Assembly (NCBI GenBank): GCA_030704615.1
Contig: CM060734.1
Span: 46,624,001 to 46,688,000, forward strand
Direction of reading: 5' to 3'
From: Takakia lepidozioides
Taxonomy: Eukaryota > Plantae > Bryophyta
Length of the DNA stretch: 64,000 bases
The notes below the pieces were generated by a model. It was not told the origin of the DNA. It saw nothing but the letters and a program-made list of their open reading frames with translations, and did not search any database. Of this stretch, positions 38,711-56,255 are shown one piece after another (the stretch's first letter is position 1; each line of letters begins with the position of its first letter). A program made the position numbers and the translations under genes.

Positions 38711-40494
38711 AGTTGTTGCCCTCGAATCCAGAGACTAACTAAGATATCAGCTGGACTCTGTGAGAGCAATGCCTTGAACTTATAATTCGGATTCTCCTTG
38801 AAGGTGCAATGTTTGGGGACGTCTAGCTATCCAGTGCAAACAGCTCAGGAAACAGCAACTGCTCCGATTGTGCGTGATTGATGTACCATAAGAGAGCCCC
38901 GGTAGATGATGACCACTGGAGTTACCAGTGTGTATGGGATTATACACTGACTGTATAGGAGGAGCTCGGGTCACTCCTTTTGCTGCTTTTCTGGACATTA
39001 CTTCAGAATGCCTGCAGTGCTGGCTGAGCCTTAAAGGCTGCAGACACTCTCGAGGCAGCGTAGCCAATCACGGGAAGCATGTTACGTTATGTATTACTTT
39101 GAGAGACTGGTCAGCACTAGGCCAGCAGTGCCCTTCCGTTTCATGGAGCCATAATGAAGGCAGAGATGTGAGTACTGCCAGCCAACAACGGCACGTACCG
39201 TACGTAGCTGTCAGATTCAACAGCACAGATATAACTAGTTTTTGGAGGCTCAGTCCATTCGGCATATTTTATAGCTCAGAATTTTGTGTGGCCTCGTAAT
39301 GAGGCTGGTCAGACGATGGGGCCCGCCGTCTCATTAATACAGGAGCAAACTACCTTTATGCAGCGAGGACTTAGAGTTTTTTTGGCATATCAAATTTACA
39401 ACTACCTCCATGCAGGTAGTTTTAGGATTTTGTACATGAAGGTAGTTGCAAAACCGAGCTGAAACTACCTGCATGAGAGTAGTTGCATACCAACCTCCAT
39501 GGAGGTAGCTGTCTGTGGTCAGCACCTACCAGCAGAACCACCATTCAGGGAGTGGTACCCGAGACTTGCATTCCCACAACGCCATCTACCTACCAACAGA
39601 CCACAACCTCCACTGTGGCAAGGAATTGTAGTTTCTTTTATATACTAGGACTTCGCGTTGCTCCGCACTACTAGAGACGAATTCTGAGAACTACGTTCAA
39701 TTGGTACAAAAAGGTGGGGCTCATCCCATGGTCTTACATCTCTGTATTTCATTGTTTGATGCAGCTACCTCTATCTATGCCCGCAAAGTGTGGGGGGAGT
39801 GGAACCCTTTTCTGTATTTCTGTATTTTTCTGTATTTTTCCCTTTTCTGTATTTTTTTCTCTCTATTTCATTTCAAGATTCATTTGACCGGTGTAATGAT
39901 TGTGGTGATACAACAAGCAGATTTGGATTTGGATTATGAATGTTGTTTATATGATATCTTTTTTCATCTTTATTTGCAATTGGTGTAAATTTCAAATAGT
40001 TTGGACTTTTATTTAATGCATGTTTGTTCCGGAGTACATCGTTTATTTTGTCTGCCTCTCCACATTAACATTTTGTTTTTCCATATTATTTGAAAGTTAT
40101 ACACATGCCCAAGTTTTTATTGTTTACGGTGGACATTAGCATTTTGAAATAATAGATAACGACCGTATATTCAAAGATACATTCTTAAAAAAAATAGTTG
40201 CCTACATAAACTCAATGACAAATATTATTGTTTTGAACAAAATCTGTCTTGATAAAAAGTACAGATGTGGATATGGATACTTCTCTTCGAAGGTAGTTTG
40301 TTCTATGAGCTTTCATGAACATGTTTAAAAGAGACCCACCTACTTTCTTTCTTCATTCGTTACTAGGATCTCAAGGCCGGCCTTCATAATGTTCTTTTCA
40401 TAAGTACACAAAGTAAGAGTTGCTCTAAACTACCATACAGGTTCTTTATCCACTTTCTGTTACTATCTTCCTAGATTAGACTCCTCTGAAGGAC

Positions 40495-40900
40495 TTTGAT
40501 CCGTAAGAACTAAGAAGTACAGACAAGGCAACATTATCAGTGACACAGACCTTATTTCCTAGGCCCCCAACTTCCGTTTTAAGCGTGCTTGTATTACTCA
40601 CATTGATGAATATTCGAGTCATGTTGATGGATATTGCTACTGGAGTGAGCCCCTCACAAAGGTTTGCTCTTGTTCCGCCCAGACTGGGGGGCACGGCCAC
40701 AATGCTATCCGTATGTCTTCAGGTTGCCCACACAACGGGCAATTGCAATCCCTCTTTCCTCACTGCATCTGTTTATTATTCAAATGTAGGCTTCTTGCCC
40801 CGAGTTTAGATTTCAGTCTAGTATCGAGGGTGGGTAAACCCTTGAGGTTATCCATGATGGCCTCTCCTATGTCACAGACTGGAAACAAGTTCAGAGAGGG
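40495..40900 (-). mobile_element. LINE C-terminal/3' fragment related to 33150-33500
   Basis: Reverse complement encodes LNLFPVCDIGEAIMDNLKGLPTLDTRLKSKLGARSL...CPLCGQ. Confidence 0.75.
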
Positions 40901-40959
40901 TCAGTGCTTCAGGCTCAGCCTGATAAGAATACCCCCGGACATTGTAGCAGAAAATGACA

Positions 40960-42410
40960 ATTCTAGCTTTCGCGATGCAACCATGCACCTCTTTGCCCTT
41001 TTCCAGGGTTGCCAGGCTTGCAAATGCGCACAAACGTTATGTGGTTGGGCTTCGCCCCTTCCCCCATCATTTGATCATAGGTCTCCAAAGCCACCATCCC
41101 ACGTCCCTGCTGTGCATCGCGTGCCACGACACAACATCTTGTCCATCCATAGTGTTGAAAACTCCCTTCGCATCCTTGGCGTGAATCCACTTTGGATAAT
41201 GTGAGTGTGCACCTGCTTTCCAGCTTCCAGACCTTTCATCTTGATGCACTTAAGCAAGAGACAGACAACCGTAGTGAAGGCCTTCATCCACTAGGCCTAC
41301 ATGAATACACACCGAGAGAAGAGATATAAAAGTGATACTGTTTGGCTGCATGCCCTATTGTTGCATGAGTTCACAGAGATGCAGGGCCTCAATATCATGA
41401 CCATGCTGGCCGGCACATCCAGCAATGATCGCACTCCATGACATCACATTCCGTTCAGCCGTATTATCAAACACTTGATGTGCATTGTTCATGCTCCCAC
41501 ATTTGGCATACATGTCAACAAGGGGATTCTCCAAAATGATATCAGATGCAATTTCAGCTTTAAGGATATCAGCATGAACCTCTTTGCCCCTTTCCAGGGC
41601 TCCTACACTGGCACAACCATTGAGGACACAACTCAACCATTGAGGACGCAAATGAATGTGACCCTGTTTGGTGTCACGTCTTCGTGTCGCAATTGCTCAT
41701 AGATTGCCTCCTCAACATGTCCATGCTTGACACAACCTGCCATCATCTTCGCCCATATATGAATGTCTCATTCAGCATTTGATGGAATACTTGGCGTGCG
41801 TCCACCAGGCTCCCGCACTTTATGTACATGTTGATAACGTTGTTGAGTAGAAAGATGGTTGGCTTGGGTCCTCTTTGAATAATATGGGCATGCACCTGCT
41901 TTCCCTTTTCTAGTTTTTTCAGGTTGATGCGCTCCTGCAAGAGACAGATATAAGTATTTGAGTTGGTCACAATGCCTTGTTGGTGCAAAATGTGCAACGC
42001 CTCTTTCAATTGTCCTGCCTTACACAGGGTCCTTACATACCCACAAGTGCCCGGAAAGCCCTTGTTGACTTCCTCTCTTAGTCCTCTTTCCAAAGCAGTG
42101 GTGATAGTGAAAGTCCTACCCCTCTTAGTAGTTAGATGTCCAGCAAACAATTGCAAATGGTACATTAAGCAAAAGTCACACCTTGCGATTGCGGTTGTCC
42201 CACCATCGTGAAGGATGTTTAAAAAACTCATGTCAGCTCTGCTCCGTGCTCCAAGGTAGACGTTTGTGCTCGAAAATCCGACCTCTTTCCCCTTTTCCAG
42301 GACTCCCAGGCTTGCACACGCATTGCAAACACAAACAAACGTGATGTGGTTGGGCTTCTCCCCTTCGCGCATCATTTGCTCATAGGTCTCCAAAGCATCC
42401 CATGCTCGGT
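40960..42410 (-). pseudogene. Mosaic of PLS-PPR fragments with a PDF half-motif at 42182-42245 upstream of the PPR start
   Basis: EQS*HEFFKHPSRWWDNRNRK|GT, then VRTLCKAGQLKEALHIL...NVINMYIKCGSLVDARQVF, further PLS triplets and ACIHVGLVDEG. Frameshifts throughout. Confidence 0.8.
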
Positions 42411-42599
42411 AAATCCTACCAACATTATATTCCACGTGATCAAAGATTGTTGAGGGAAAAGCCACGGTTTGCATTGAGCAGCGAGACTGTTGAGTGCTTG
42501 CAGCTTGCAACGTGAACGATGGCAGAAAACACAGAGCTCCTGCAGTTCAAGAACTTCAAGAACTGAGCAATCCGGGCATGTTCCGAAAAAACTTGGCGC

Positions 42600-42760
42600 T
42601 TTGGGATTTTTGGGCGGGCAGTCCGGGCAGATATAAAGAATTTGACGACGACGATGACATGGCTACGATGACGTGTCTACGAAACGTGGCGACGATGATG
42701 TGGCACTAAGGCACCCTATTCCTGCTCTATGCTAAACTAGCTTTCGGTCGTCGCTAGAAT
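42600..42760 (-). repeat. Dispersed 140-160 bp repeat, copy A (others at 54518 and 61080)
   Basis: Reverse complement ATTCTAGCGACGACCGAAAGCTAGTTTAGCATAGAGCAGGAATAGGGTGCCTTAGTGCCACATCATCGTCG. Confidence 0.85.
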
Positions 42761-42819
42761 AAGAGAAACTGGGAATAGGGATCGTTTTAATGTAGGGGGG
42801 CTGCTGTCAGGTCCTGTCC

Positions 42820-43115
42820 CCTCTGCACCCTGCGGCCTCATTACGACGAGTCCACACAAAATTCTGAGGCATTTTATACTCCAGGGTTTGGGCAGTTTAG
42901 GATTGAGTTTTTTCGCATTTGGGCATTTGGTATATAGCACAAGTATGTATTATGTCCTTTAGTAGATTTATTGAGATTTTCCAAATTTTCTTATTTTTGG
43001 ACAGGCTGAGTAGGTATGTAATATTTCTGGATTTTTAGACATATCACTTGAGTTAATCCAAAAATTTCAACAACCCAACATATAATTAATTTGTGTCGAA
43101 GTTGACAGCAACGTA
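42820..43115. mobile_element. MITE-like repeat, inverted copy of 60390-60730 (a terminus also at about 39200-39280)
   Basis: 43000-43100 is the reverse complement of 60400-60500. Shared end motif TGTCGAA.TTGACAGCAACGTA. Confidence 0.65.
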
Positions 43116-45300
43116 GGGTACAATCGTACAGTCCTGTCTGCCCTATGTTAAGTTAAATGTTACCTCTATAAACGTCAAATTACCATAAATGTTCAGAAAA
43201 TTTTACTCCTCTAGCTAGCAAATGTTAAGTGTTATTTCTTAACAATTAGCCCTCATGTTAAGTGCACCTTAAAGGCTTCATGCAACACTAGATATGCTCC
43301 GTATTATAAGTTCCAACTAGATTAGATTACAATGCAATTACATCCTAAAACATAACCAATAAGACTAGAAAGTAAGCAAGAGGTAATACTAAGGCCTTTT
43401 TCTCAGGAGTGGTAGTGGAAGTGGTAGAAACACCTAAAATGGACCATTTTTAAGAAATGTGTGCAGTTTCAGGTGTGCAGTGTCATCATATATATAATTC
43501 TGATGTGGGCGCAAGGAAATAAAATTTAATGCAAAAGAAAATCCAAATTACTTTAGAATATTGGTGAATATTCGATGTGAAATCATAGAATAGTCCTTGA
43601 ATTGACCAGTAGGGGGTACTATTTTGAACAGCAAGTGTAATGTGTCTAGAGCCAAAGGAGCTCACAAAAATGTGCATCCTCTTTCACTTTTTTGTCACAA
43701 ATCGTAACATGGACCATGTATTCAACTAACATAATTATTTAATGACCTTAAAATAACCTCCCACTCCTAGAAAACTTCCTTCTGGATGAGACGGATGAGA
43801 CTCAATCCTGGATAGTTGATCTAGATGAAATCAATCGTGATCATTGATCACGAAATGTGATCCCCTCTCCTGCATGTTTCGATTCATTCGTCGTGTCTCC
43901 ACTCATCCATGACTTGATACTTCTCTCAAAGTGGGCGCCAATGGTTATTTATTTGTCCATTAAGTGGTGTCATCACGATCATGTATGAGTTAAAAGGGTT
44001 CATTGCAGTTACCTAATCTGGACCAATTGTGATCAAAGTACCTTTTATAGATAGCATATGGTTAGTTTTATGTATTTTTCTAGGGTCCGTTTAAGGTCGC
44101 GCTCACATTTAAGTGTTTCTAGGTTTAGGTGTACCTTATGATACCCTTCTACCACCCACTTTTTCCTACGAAAAGTGACACATATGCAGGGGTGGATGTT
44201 GCAGCAAACACAGAGTGCAAGTGGGTAGACATTTCGTTGGTGAATTTCCTTGATTCCACGGAAACCATCAACGGTGTAGATCTTCGTTGTAACAAGCTAA
44301 AGAGGAGCCAAAGAGGAGCCAAAGGGAAGCCAAAGAGGATCGGGAAGAAAGAACCATGGTGGGCCCTTGCAATTCACTCCAAGACATTCACTTGTGTTAA
44401 ATGTTTTGCAAGTAGATGATATTGGGATTGTGACTCTAAGACCACACATGCGATGTGCCCTATAACCAGGAGAAGTGCCCATTCTGAGCAAGTTTGAATC
44501 AAGAACCCTCAACTGAAAAACCTCATTATTTTACTTGCAAGAAGATAGCTCAACTGTCCGGCTCTTCATACTGGTGGATTGGATAGATGTAAAGCTGTGT
44601 TAGATGTTTTGCGTGTTAGATGTTTTGCAAGTAGATGGTATTGGGATTGTGACTCCGTGTAACTCGATGATATGCATCTTAGACACACTCATCAGACCAC
44701 ACTCATCAGACCACAATCAATCACAATCGAAATCTCCTTTGTTGGCTCTCTTACGTAGAAAGAGAGGCTGCTATGCATCATGTTGAGGTGAAGGGAAAAA
44801 ATGTGGTGTAAGATGATGATTTTCGGGGGGCCATGAAGGGGAAGGTTGGTTTCCTACGCCAGTGACGGGCAGCTAATGAGGCCCTTCCGCCCTGTTTGTA
44901 CATGTGAACTCGGGCTACCACCCTCGTTCACGCAATCTGGTGTGGTTTCCTTTGTATTCTACTGGGGGATTCCTGGACAGAATTCTTGAGTAGATTTCCA
45001 GAATTCCAGGGTAGAATCCTCAGAATAGGACGGTGTGGATGTTGAGTTGATCCTGCGGCTGAAATGGATTTCACAGTGGAACAACTGGGCCGCTGGGATT
45101 CCACTTCGGAAATACCATTCTCCTTTCTTTACAAGGTTGTCATGGTTACTGATAATGTCTTCAAAATAAATGCAAAAGTGTTGGGGTGAAATGAAGCACC
45201 ATCGCAACTTTATGTTTGAAAGTAAGAAAAGAGGTGCTACCCCATTGGGCCGAAGCCAATTTAACCTTACAAAGAAATAACCTATGGATCACCTCTGGGA

Positions 45301-48185
45301 TCATTGAGAAACAGTGTTCATGAAAGGAAGATTTACAAGTGTTGCATTACCATAGAACTCCTCCAGATTGTAGAAGGCTCGCTCCTTGGGAAGAAATATG
45401 TGGACCACAACATCGCCTGCACATTCCAATGCATATCATATAGGTGTTCAGATTCAGAGATCAATACTTTGAGTGGACCACCATTGGGCTTAGTTAGAAC
45501 TGCGATCAGAGTGTTGAATTTTGACAGACATGTAAGTATAAAGAGGTAGCAGTTGCAACCAAGCCGATTTTGCGCTCACAAGATGTGGTGCATAATCTAA
45601 GGAGACGTGAGGCAAAACTATACTGGAGTCCATCGAATCCTGGATACAAAAAAGAGATAGCCTTCACAACAAATAGCATATACTTTGCAGCAGCAGTGAG
45701 TAACTACAGCCCGCTCTAAGCACTAGCCCATGGAGTCTTAAGACAGCTTTCTGGCACTACATCCCAGCACTCTCATGTGCGTATGAAGAACTTTGAAAGA
45801 TTCAGAGAACACCAAAAGTGAATACTACATGGCTACAAAATGGCTTTCCCCTATGATTCCTAATTAGAATGTTGGTAGAGAGATAGAGGCCCACAGAGGA
45901 AGTGAGATACGGGACCATGAAAGCCTCTCAGAAACCTCTGCCAATTGTTCACCACAAATCTCACAATTCCTCAATGGGCCTATATCTCTTCTCTCAGCTC
46001 AATGCAACAGACTCCAAACAGAAATGTGTATATTACCAAAGTCTAGCAGAGTCCAGGAGTTGGGTTTGGTGTCGCCCTTTGGAGATCGATTGAAGCGCTG
46101 CTCAGCTACATCTCGCATCCTTTTCCTGTAACCAGGTGTCATCAGGGTACAAAATTGCCACCATTCAGTAATTGCAGTGGTGGTGTTGCAGCCATTGAAC
46201 AAACACAACACCTTTGGAGGGTCAAATGATTACAATACCGAACTGGTTAAAACATTGAAACTCAACCCTGGGGTCAGACCTCACATAACTCAGCCAACTA
46301 CAAAGATAGGCACCATACCCAATGGCATCCACCTGGGGTTTCGAAAATGCTGTGGCGATGAAAAAAAAGCGGGCCCAGTAGATAAGGGGCTTGACACACA
46401 AAACTTTAAGCTCGCCTGCTTTCACCTCATTGGCTGCCTCTGCCATCGCCACGGCAACTGCCACCTTCTCTTTTTACCATGTGTCCATCACCTATACATA
46501 TACTTGTGTCTAGTGCCTAATGCTCATGAAAGCAGACCATCAGTAAGGGGGTGACCCTGTCGTAACATACCAAGTAATATTCCATCCTAAATATTATGGA
46601 GAAAAAACCCAATCATGCTGCTATACTCTCTTGTCACTGCCAGCCTGAAATCACTTGGATTGACATTGCCTGGGTGGGAGTTAAATCGCATTTTTAGGCT
46701 AACTATTCAATCCAAGACCTGTGTGAGGGTTAAAGCCCTCATAGGTCTTAGCCCTAAAGGAACTAACCAAGCACCAAAAGGTGAGCCCTACGTGCATCTC
46801 TCTAATGCAGTGACCTCATTCTCCCAGTACCACACTTTGAGTAGAACTAACAAGAAAGTGCCTAACCATTTCACACAAAGAAAGTCCACTTACATGCTAG
46901 ACTTTCAGCATCACTGTCAAGCTCAGAAGACACTGGTCTGGACTCGCCTTCCGACACCAACACCTCTCCGTATTCCTCAAACAAAGCATCCAGATCTTCC
47001 TCCTCCAGCTGTTCCAAATCTGTATCCTACAAAAGTCCAACACAGTGAAGGGATGACCTCAACAAAACGGGCCATCTCCAACATTCCATCCACCCTTTCT
47101 GCCTTTGACTCTTTATACTGCAAAGGTGGTCCATGGACTGCTCTATCTTGAAAAGAACCACCAGTCACTTTTGTTCCCGACCTATTGGGGAAGCAGCAAG
47201 GCTGAGGCCATAACATGCCACTCAATGGACTCAGATGGTTTTTACAAAGCTAAATGTTATAAGAATTTGAGGTCAAAATCAGGTTCTTCCTTTCTAAAAG
47301 TCAGACCACTATGCAGTTGCCGCTCGATCTGCAAAATGCAAGAATTTGAAGTAATACCCATATCCTAAAGTCAATTGGCTTCTCCAAGGCCACCAAGGCC
47401 GTTGTCCACCCTAAACCCTGACTCAGCAATAATCCCTTCCCCCTGCTCTGTGGGTCTGTTTGTCTGCGCGTTGAACTTTAGGACGCCTCCCCCTAAATGC
47501 TTGTCCTTAGAGAAAGTAATCCTAGAATTATGTGCCAGGTTTATCCTTTCTGAAGCGGACCTTGTAGGCAAAACAAGCTGCGAAATCCACCGAAACTTAA
47601 AGACTAACCACGTAACCAGACTGTGGCAGAGAGAAGGGACTGCTGGCACTGCCAAATGTATCTTGGCAAGAAGCGAGATAAACCGACGCTCAAATGATGC
47701 AAAATCTTGGTCAGGCTGGGCACTCATTTATCATCGGCGAGGAAGTACCAATCTTGCGCGCACATGAAGAGGGGCTGTAGAAATTAGGACTGTAATTGCA
47801 CAACCTGAAGAGTTTCCCACCCTGAAATTGGACCCATTTTGTGGATCCGATGAATATGAGGAAAGAAACAAACTGAGCCTCAGTAGACAACTGCGAGAGC
47901 TATTTCACGACAATGTTCATACTGCAAGGACAACGTTCCCCCCCGTGAGTGGCTCAAGTGTACCTCTAGTTCGTCCATGTCAGCTTCAGTTTGAGAATAT
48001 GACACGATGCGCCGCCGGTGCCGCGGAAACTCGTGTAGTAACACTTGCAGAGACGTAGACCTCATGTGCACGACAGGGAGATGAGTGTGGACGGGTGGAC
48101 TGTGGCTGGGGCCATTGCACAAAGTGAGTTGCCATGGCCGCAGAGCACTGCATTGTTGCACAGCAAGCACTTGGTGACCATGCAT
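45301..48185 (-). CDS. IOJAP: Plastid Iojap / ribosome silencing factor RsfS. Exons 48185-47964, 47026-46894, 46457-46319, 46125-46037, 45416-45301
   Basis: In-phase GT-AG splicing gives DAESLAFAVAMAEAANEVKAGELKVLCVKPLIYWARFFFIATAFSKPQVDAIGKRMRD...[33 protein letters not shown], a typical plant plastid Iojap. The start codon is tentative. Confidence 0.92.
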
Positions 48186-48934
48186 AGCTCCTCCACTGAT
48201 CAAGTCCAACACATGTGAGCTTTCCAAACTCTTGTTTCTCTTCCAGTTGCAATCTCAAAGCCTGTATACACTGCACCACCTGCACTTGTGTTGCTGTTAA
48301 ATTTGCACTGTGGAAGGAGACCAATTTCTCAAAGACCGGCTATGGCGTCGTGAACAAAATGAATGTACAAGAATAAGAGTACAAGAGAATGGATGACAGT
48401 TGCTCCCTTAGGGTTTCCCAATGTCCCTGCCAAAACTTGTATTCTTGTTTGCGTTTTTCCCCGTAACTGGAATTAAGTATGCTCGGCCGATCATATGGGG
48501 GAGGGATTGAACAGGAAACACATCTGCCAACTGAAATTGTTTGATTTTGCCTTTGGGCATTTGGATTGTGATCGCAGATTCCATTTGCCAATTTAAGCAA
48601 GCAAGGCACACGTGGACAAGTATCTGTGTCGTCTTTGTTCTCATCAACGTGTGTCACCCGCAATCTCCGTTCCCTGCAATCCCAATCACAGCACAGGAAG
48701 ACCAATATCCATTTGTGAGCATGGATTATTGAGATGTGTGAGGAGAGACGGGAGACAGAGAAAGAGAGGAGGGGCCAGATGGATTCTGAGTAGAACCCAC
48801 TGGTGACAAAGATTTGCGGAAGAGATCCTGAAGGAAAGAGAGAGTTGGAATTATCTGAGCCTTGGGAGAGGGGGATTGTGTGCTGTGTTTAAGTGTGACG
48901 ATGAGGCGTGGATTGTAGAGGACACATTTTCGCT

Positions 48935-52949
<4,015 letters not shown>

Positions 52950-54517
52950 ACAACACCATCTCGAAGAAGTTTCTGGACTCCTTTCAGGAGTGAGAAAACT
53001 AGACAGGTGACAATGCAAAAGAACTATTATTCTGTGTACATAATGGGGTCAATGTTATCATGGGGAGCATCACCCTTTTCAAGCTGATGAAGACAGTACA
53101 TTATAGAGATTGTCCTTCCAAGTCTTACACAACTTGTTAGTCACTATGATGAAGTATAATGAAGTAACAGTAAATTTGCACAGCAGGAACAGCACTCACA
53201 TTGTGGGTCGATTGTGCCTGGTTGTAATGGGTTCATAAATGGTGATGCAGGGGAGCACCTTGTACCTCTTTCCATCACTGCAGTGCACAGCAGTCGATTT
53301 GGCTTGGTCAGATTAAGAAAAGTTCTACTGAAGGATTATTTGCGGAAAACCGGCGGAATTGCAGGTTGCTATGCCTCTGTAATGCTCTTCATTTTCAGAG
53401 CCTTCTTGAGACTACCTTATTCAAAGAGTACTGTTAACAAGTGGTTCACACATCTCCTGTTTCCATTGGACAGTCACTCTTTTTTATGCAAGCAAACATC
53501 ACAGCCACTCTTCACTTTCATATTGCCATATAACTTGGAGTTATGTCCTAACTGGACAGTAACCCTAGTGATAAAAAAACTACTAGGGCTGCGCTTTGCT
53601 CCGCACTTCTTCTGAGAACAATGTTCCAAGAATGTAAAGCGGGCGCGCAATTGATGGTAGCTTTGGCTGGATTCATGCAGCGTCTCCTTAAACTTTGTTG
53701 AGAAAAAAAGGTTACTAGAGTAGGGAATATCAAATGCTACAGCAACCGGTTACTTAATTCTCCCATGTCAATGGCCTGGTGCAGCCAGCCCAACGCATAC
53801 AGTACTCACATCAGGACGAATATGCCTCATTGTATCAAATTGTTTTTTTTTGTTTTTTTTTTGTTTTTTTTTTTTTCCCGGAAAGGTCTGAGAGGGACCT
53901 TTAATTTATGGCCTGGTTAGGGTGGTTTGGGAGATCTCCACAACAAAACAAAATAAAACTACCTTGCTTAACATATAGACTTTTATGTTAAAAAAATATT
54001 GTTAATTTAAAATCGAGAAATATTCAATTTTCATTATAGAGAAAAAAAAAGACTCCATCTTGAGCTGTTGTAACTAAGAGCCATTTCATTTTGTGGCTAG
54101 GTTTTGCTCCCTGTCAAGAGCAGGCTCTATAAAGGTTTTTCTAAATTAAGATTTTAATAATTAATTCTAAAGTATTTAAACATAGAGACTACGTAGATGT
54201 ACATACATCATTCTAGTATCCATCATAAAGTTTGTTAGTATGTATTTCTAATATATTAATATCTTCATATCTTTAATTATCACAAAATATTGACAAGATT
54301 CCATAATTTCAAGAATATTAAATAATTTTGACATATCATTAGCTATTACCATTATCATATTTTAGTATATATCTACTGTCATAATATATTAGTAAAATGA
54401 AATACAAGACCAAAGATTGAACAAATGAGGGTTTCAAAACCGGGCAAATCATTCAAGATTTTTGTTTGGTGGTTTTATTATAATTGATGCTAGTGTGGCC
54501 TATGCCATTGAGCACAT

Positions 54518-54650
54518 TCTAGCGACGACCGAAGGTCGGAAGCTAGTTTAGCATAGAGCAGGCATAGGGTGCCATAGTGCCACGTCATCGTCGCCATGTC
54601 ATCAACGTCAATTTTCTTGGACCCTGCCCGAAATGCCCGAAATCACCGAG
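54518..54650 (+). repeat. Dispersed repeat copy B, with a terminal hairpin and (GTC)-rich tract
   Basis: CTAGCGACGACCGAAGGTCGGAAGCTAGTTTAGCATAGAGCAGG..GTGCCACGTCATCGTCG. Confidence 0.85.
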
Positions 54651-54756
54651 CTTGTCACTCATGCGCTGCTGCTTCTTTGTCGCTCGCTTTCTTCGTTTGT
54701 GTTTGCGTGTCTCTGTGCGCGTCTGCCTTTGTGCGATAGGTGTAGTTGCTGGAATC

Positions 54757-55092
54757 ATGGCTGGTGTGGAGGATAGCACCAACAATGCAGGAGGAATTCA
54801 CAACGAGGAGGAGAAGAAGCCTTTGGAGGGGGGGAGGTCACATTAATATGCAAGTGAAGGGTCAGGTTTGGAAGCCGGTGGCATTTTTGTATGGGTTGTT
54901 TCCCTGTTGGGCTTGAAGTCGTTAGGATCGTAGAGAATGGCTTACGTAGGGATGTATTCTTCGTCGTCTTCAGGGTTTTGGCTTGAAGCCGGGAAAGTTT
55001 CTGTTTCCAGGATTAAGAGCACAGCCACACTTCGAAAGCTGATGCATGCATACTGCGACCGTCAGTCAGTTGATCCCAGCTCTATTGCTCAT
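54757..55092 (+). pseudogene. SUMO: Truncated, frameshifted SUMO gene fragment
   Basis: MAGVEDSTNNAGG..EEKKPLEG, a frameshift, then INMQVKGQ|intron|RIKSTATLRKLMHAYCDRQSVDPSSIA. The C-terminal half with the di-Gly is missing. Confidence 0.85.
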
Positions 55093-55274
55093 TTGCAGAT
55101 TATGAGTACACCGCAGGAGCTCTCACCTGGAATTTGCACGATGGTGGTACAACCGCAATCGCAAGTTGCTTTTTCTTAATGCACGAAGTTTGTCCATCCT
55201 GCAAAGGTGGGCTCTTGGCTCCTGTTAGTACCATGATTTGGTTTTCTTCCTGATGTTACAAGATTCTTGGGGGA

Positions 55275-55970
55275 GACCACAGACCAGCATTTGCAGACCA
55301 CCCAAGAAGCTGGCAGCTGGCAGGTGGGACGATGCCGCAAAGGTGAGGAGGATACGTGGGACAGAGGTGACAGGAGGGAGCCTGGTCGGTGCTGCATAGA
55401 GGTCTATAGTCAGGTGCAATCGAGGCAAAAAGGTGAATGCCTGTTCGATTACAGAGAGTAGCAGACGCAATTGAGCATAGGAACTGTGTGATAAGCTGAG
55501 TTGGGTGTATGTGGGACTAGTAGATGAAGGCAGTCATTACTTTGATTCTATGGGTCAAGCTCATGGCCTGACTTCCACAGACCAGCATTTTGGCTGCATG
55601 GTGGACCTTCTAGGCCGTGCAGGGCATGTGGATGAGGCAGAGGACTTCATCAAGAAAATGCCAAGGGAACCAGCTGCTACAGTCTGGGGGACTTTGCTGG
55701 TTCTTGCAGAATTCATGGGAATCTGGAGGTGGCAGAACGTGCAGCAAAATACCTTCTTGAGTGGGATCCGCAGGATGCGGCATCGTATTATGTTCTATCC
55801 AACGTCTATGCTGCAGCTGGCAGGTGGGATGATGCCGCAAAGGTGAGGAGGATGATGTGGGGCAGAGGCGTCAGGAAGGAGCCTGGTCGGTGCTGCATAG
55901 AGGTCTATAGTCAGGTGCAATCGAGGCAAAAAGGTGAATGCCTGTTAGATTACATAGAGTAGCAGACGCA
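55275..55970 (+). pseudogene. PPR E-domain remnants, partially duplicated in tandem
   Basis: HFGCMVDLLGRAG, VWGTLL, YYVLSNVYAAAGRWDDAAKVRRMM..RKEPGRCCIEV. 55310-55470 is repeated at 55812-55970. Confidence 0.85.
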
Positions 55971-56255
55971 TCAACGAATGCCCTGAGATGCATATTGAAT
56001 TCTGTAAGTTAGGTCGTTGGGTAGATGGTCAACTGGAAACAGCAGCGGCAGCTGCACAAATGATAGAACAAGGCACTGCTAATGAAGGCACCTTCTTCAA
56101 CACATTTCACCCTGTTTTTCCATCTTGTCAGAATCGGCCCTAAATTTCCATGTTGGATTCTGCAAGTTAGCTGGTTGAGTGAATCTGGTTTGGAGTGACT
56201 TTGACATGATACTGCCAATTTGATAACAGGAAAGTATCCAAAAACAGGTAACAAA

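Noticed and set aside
44129-44419. 96-aa ORF, possible transposase remnant
   Set aside because: No diagnostic motif recognised.
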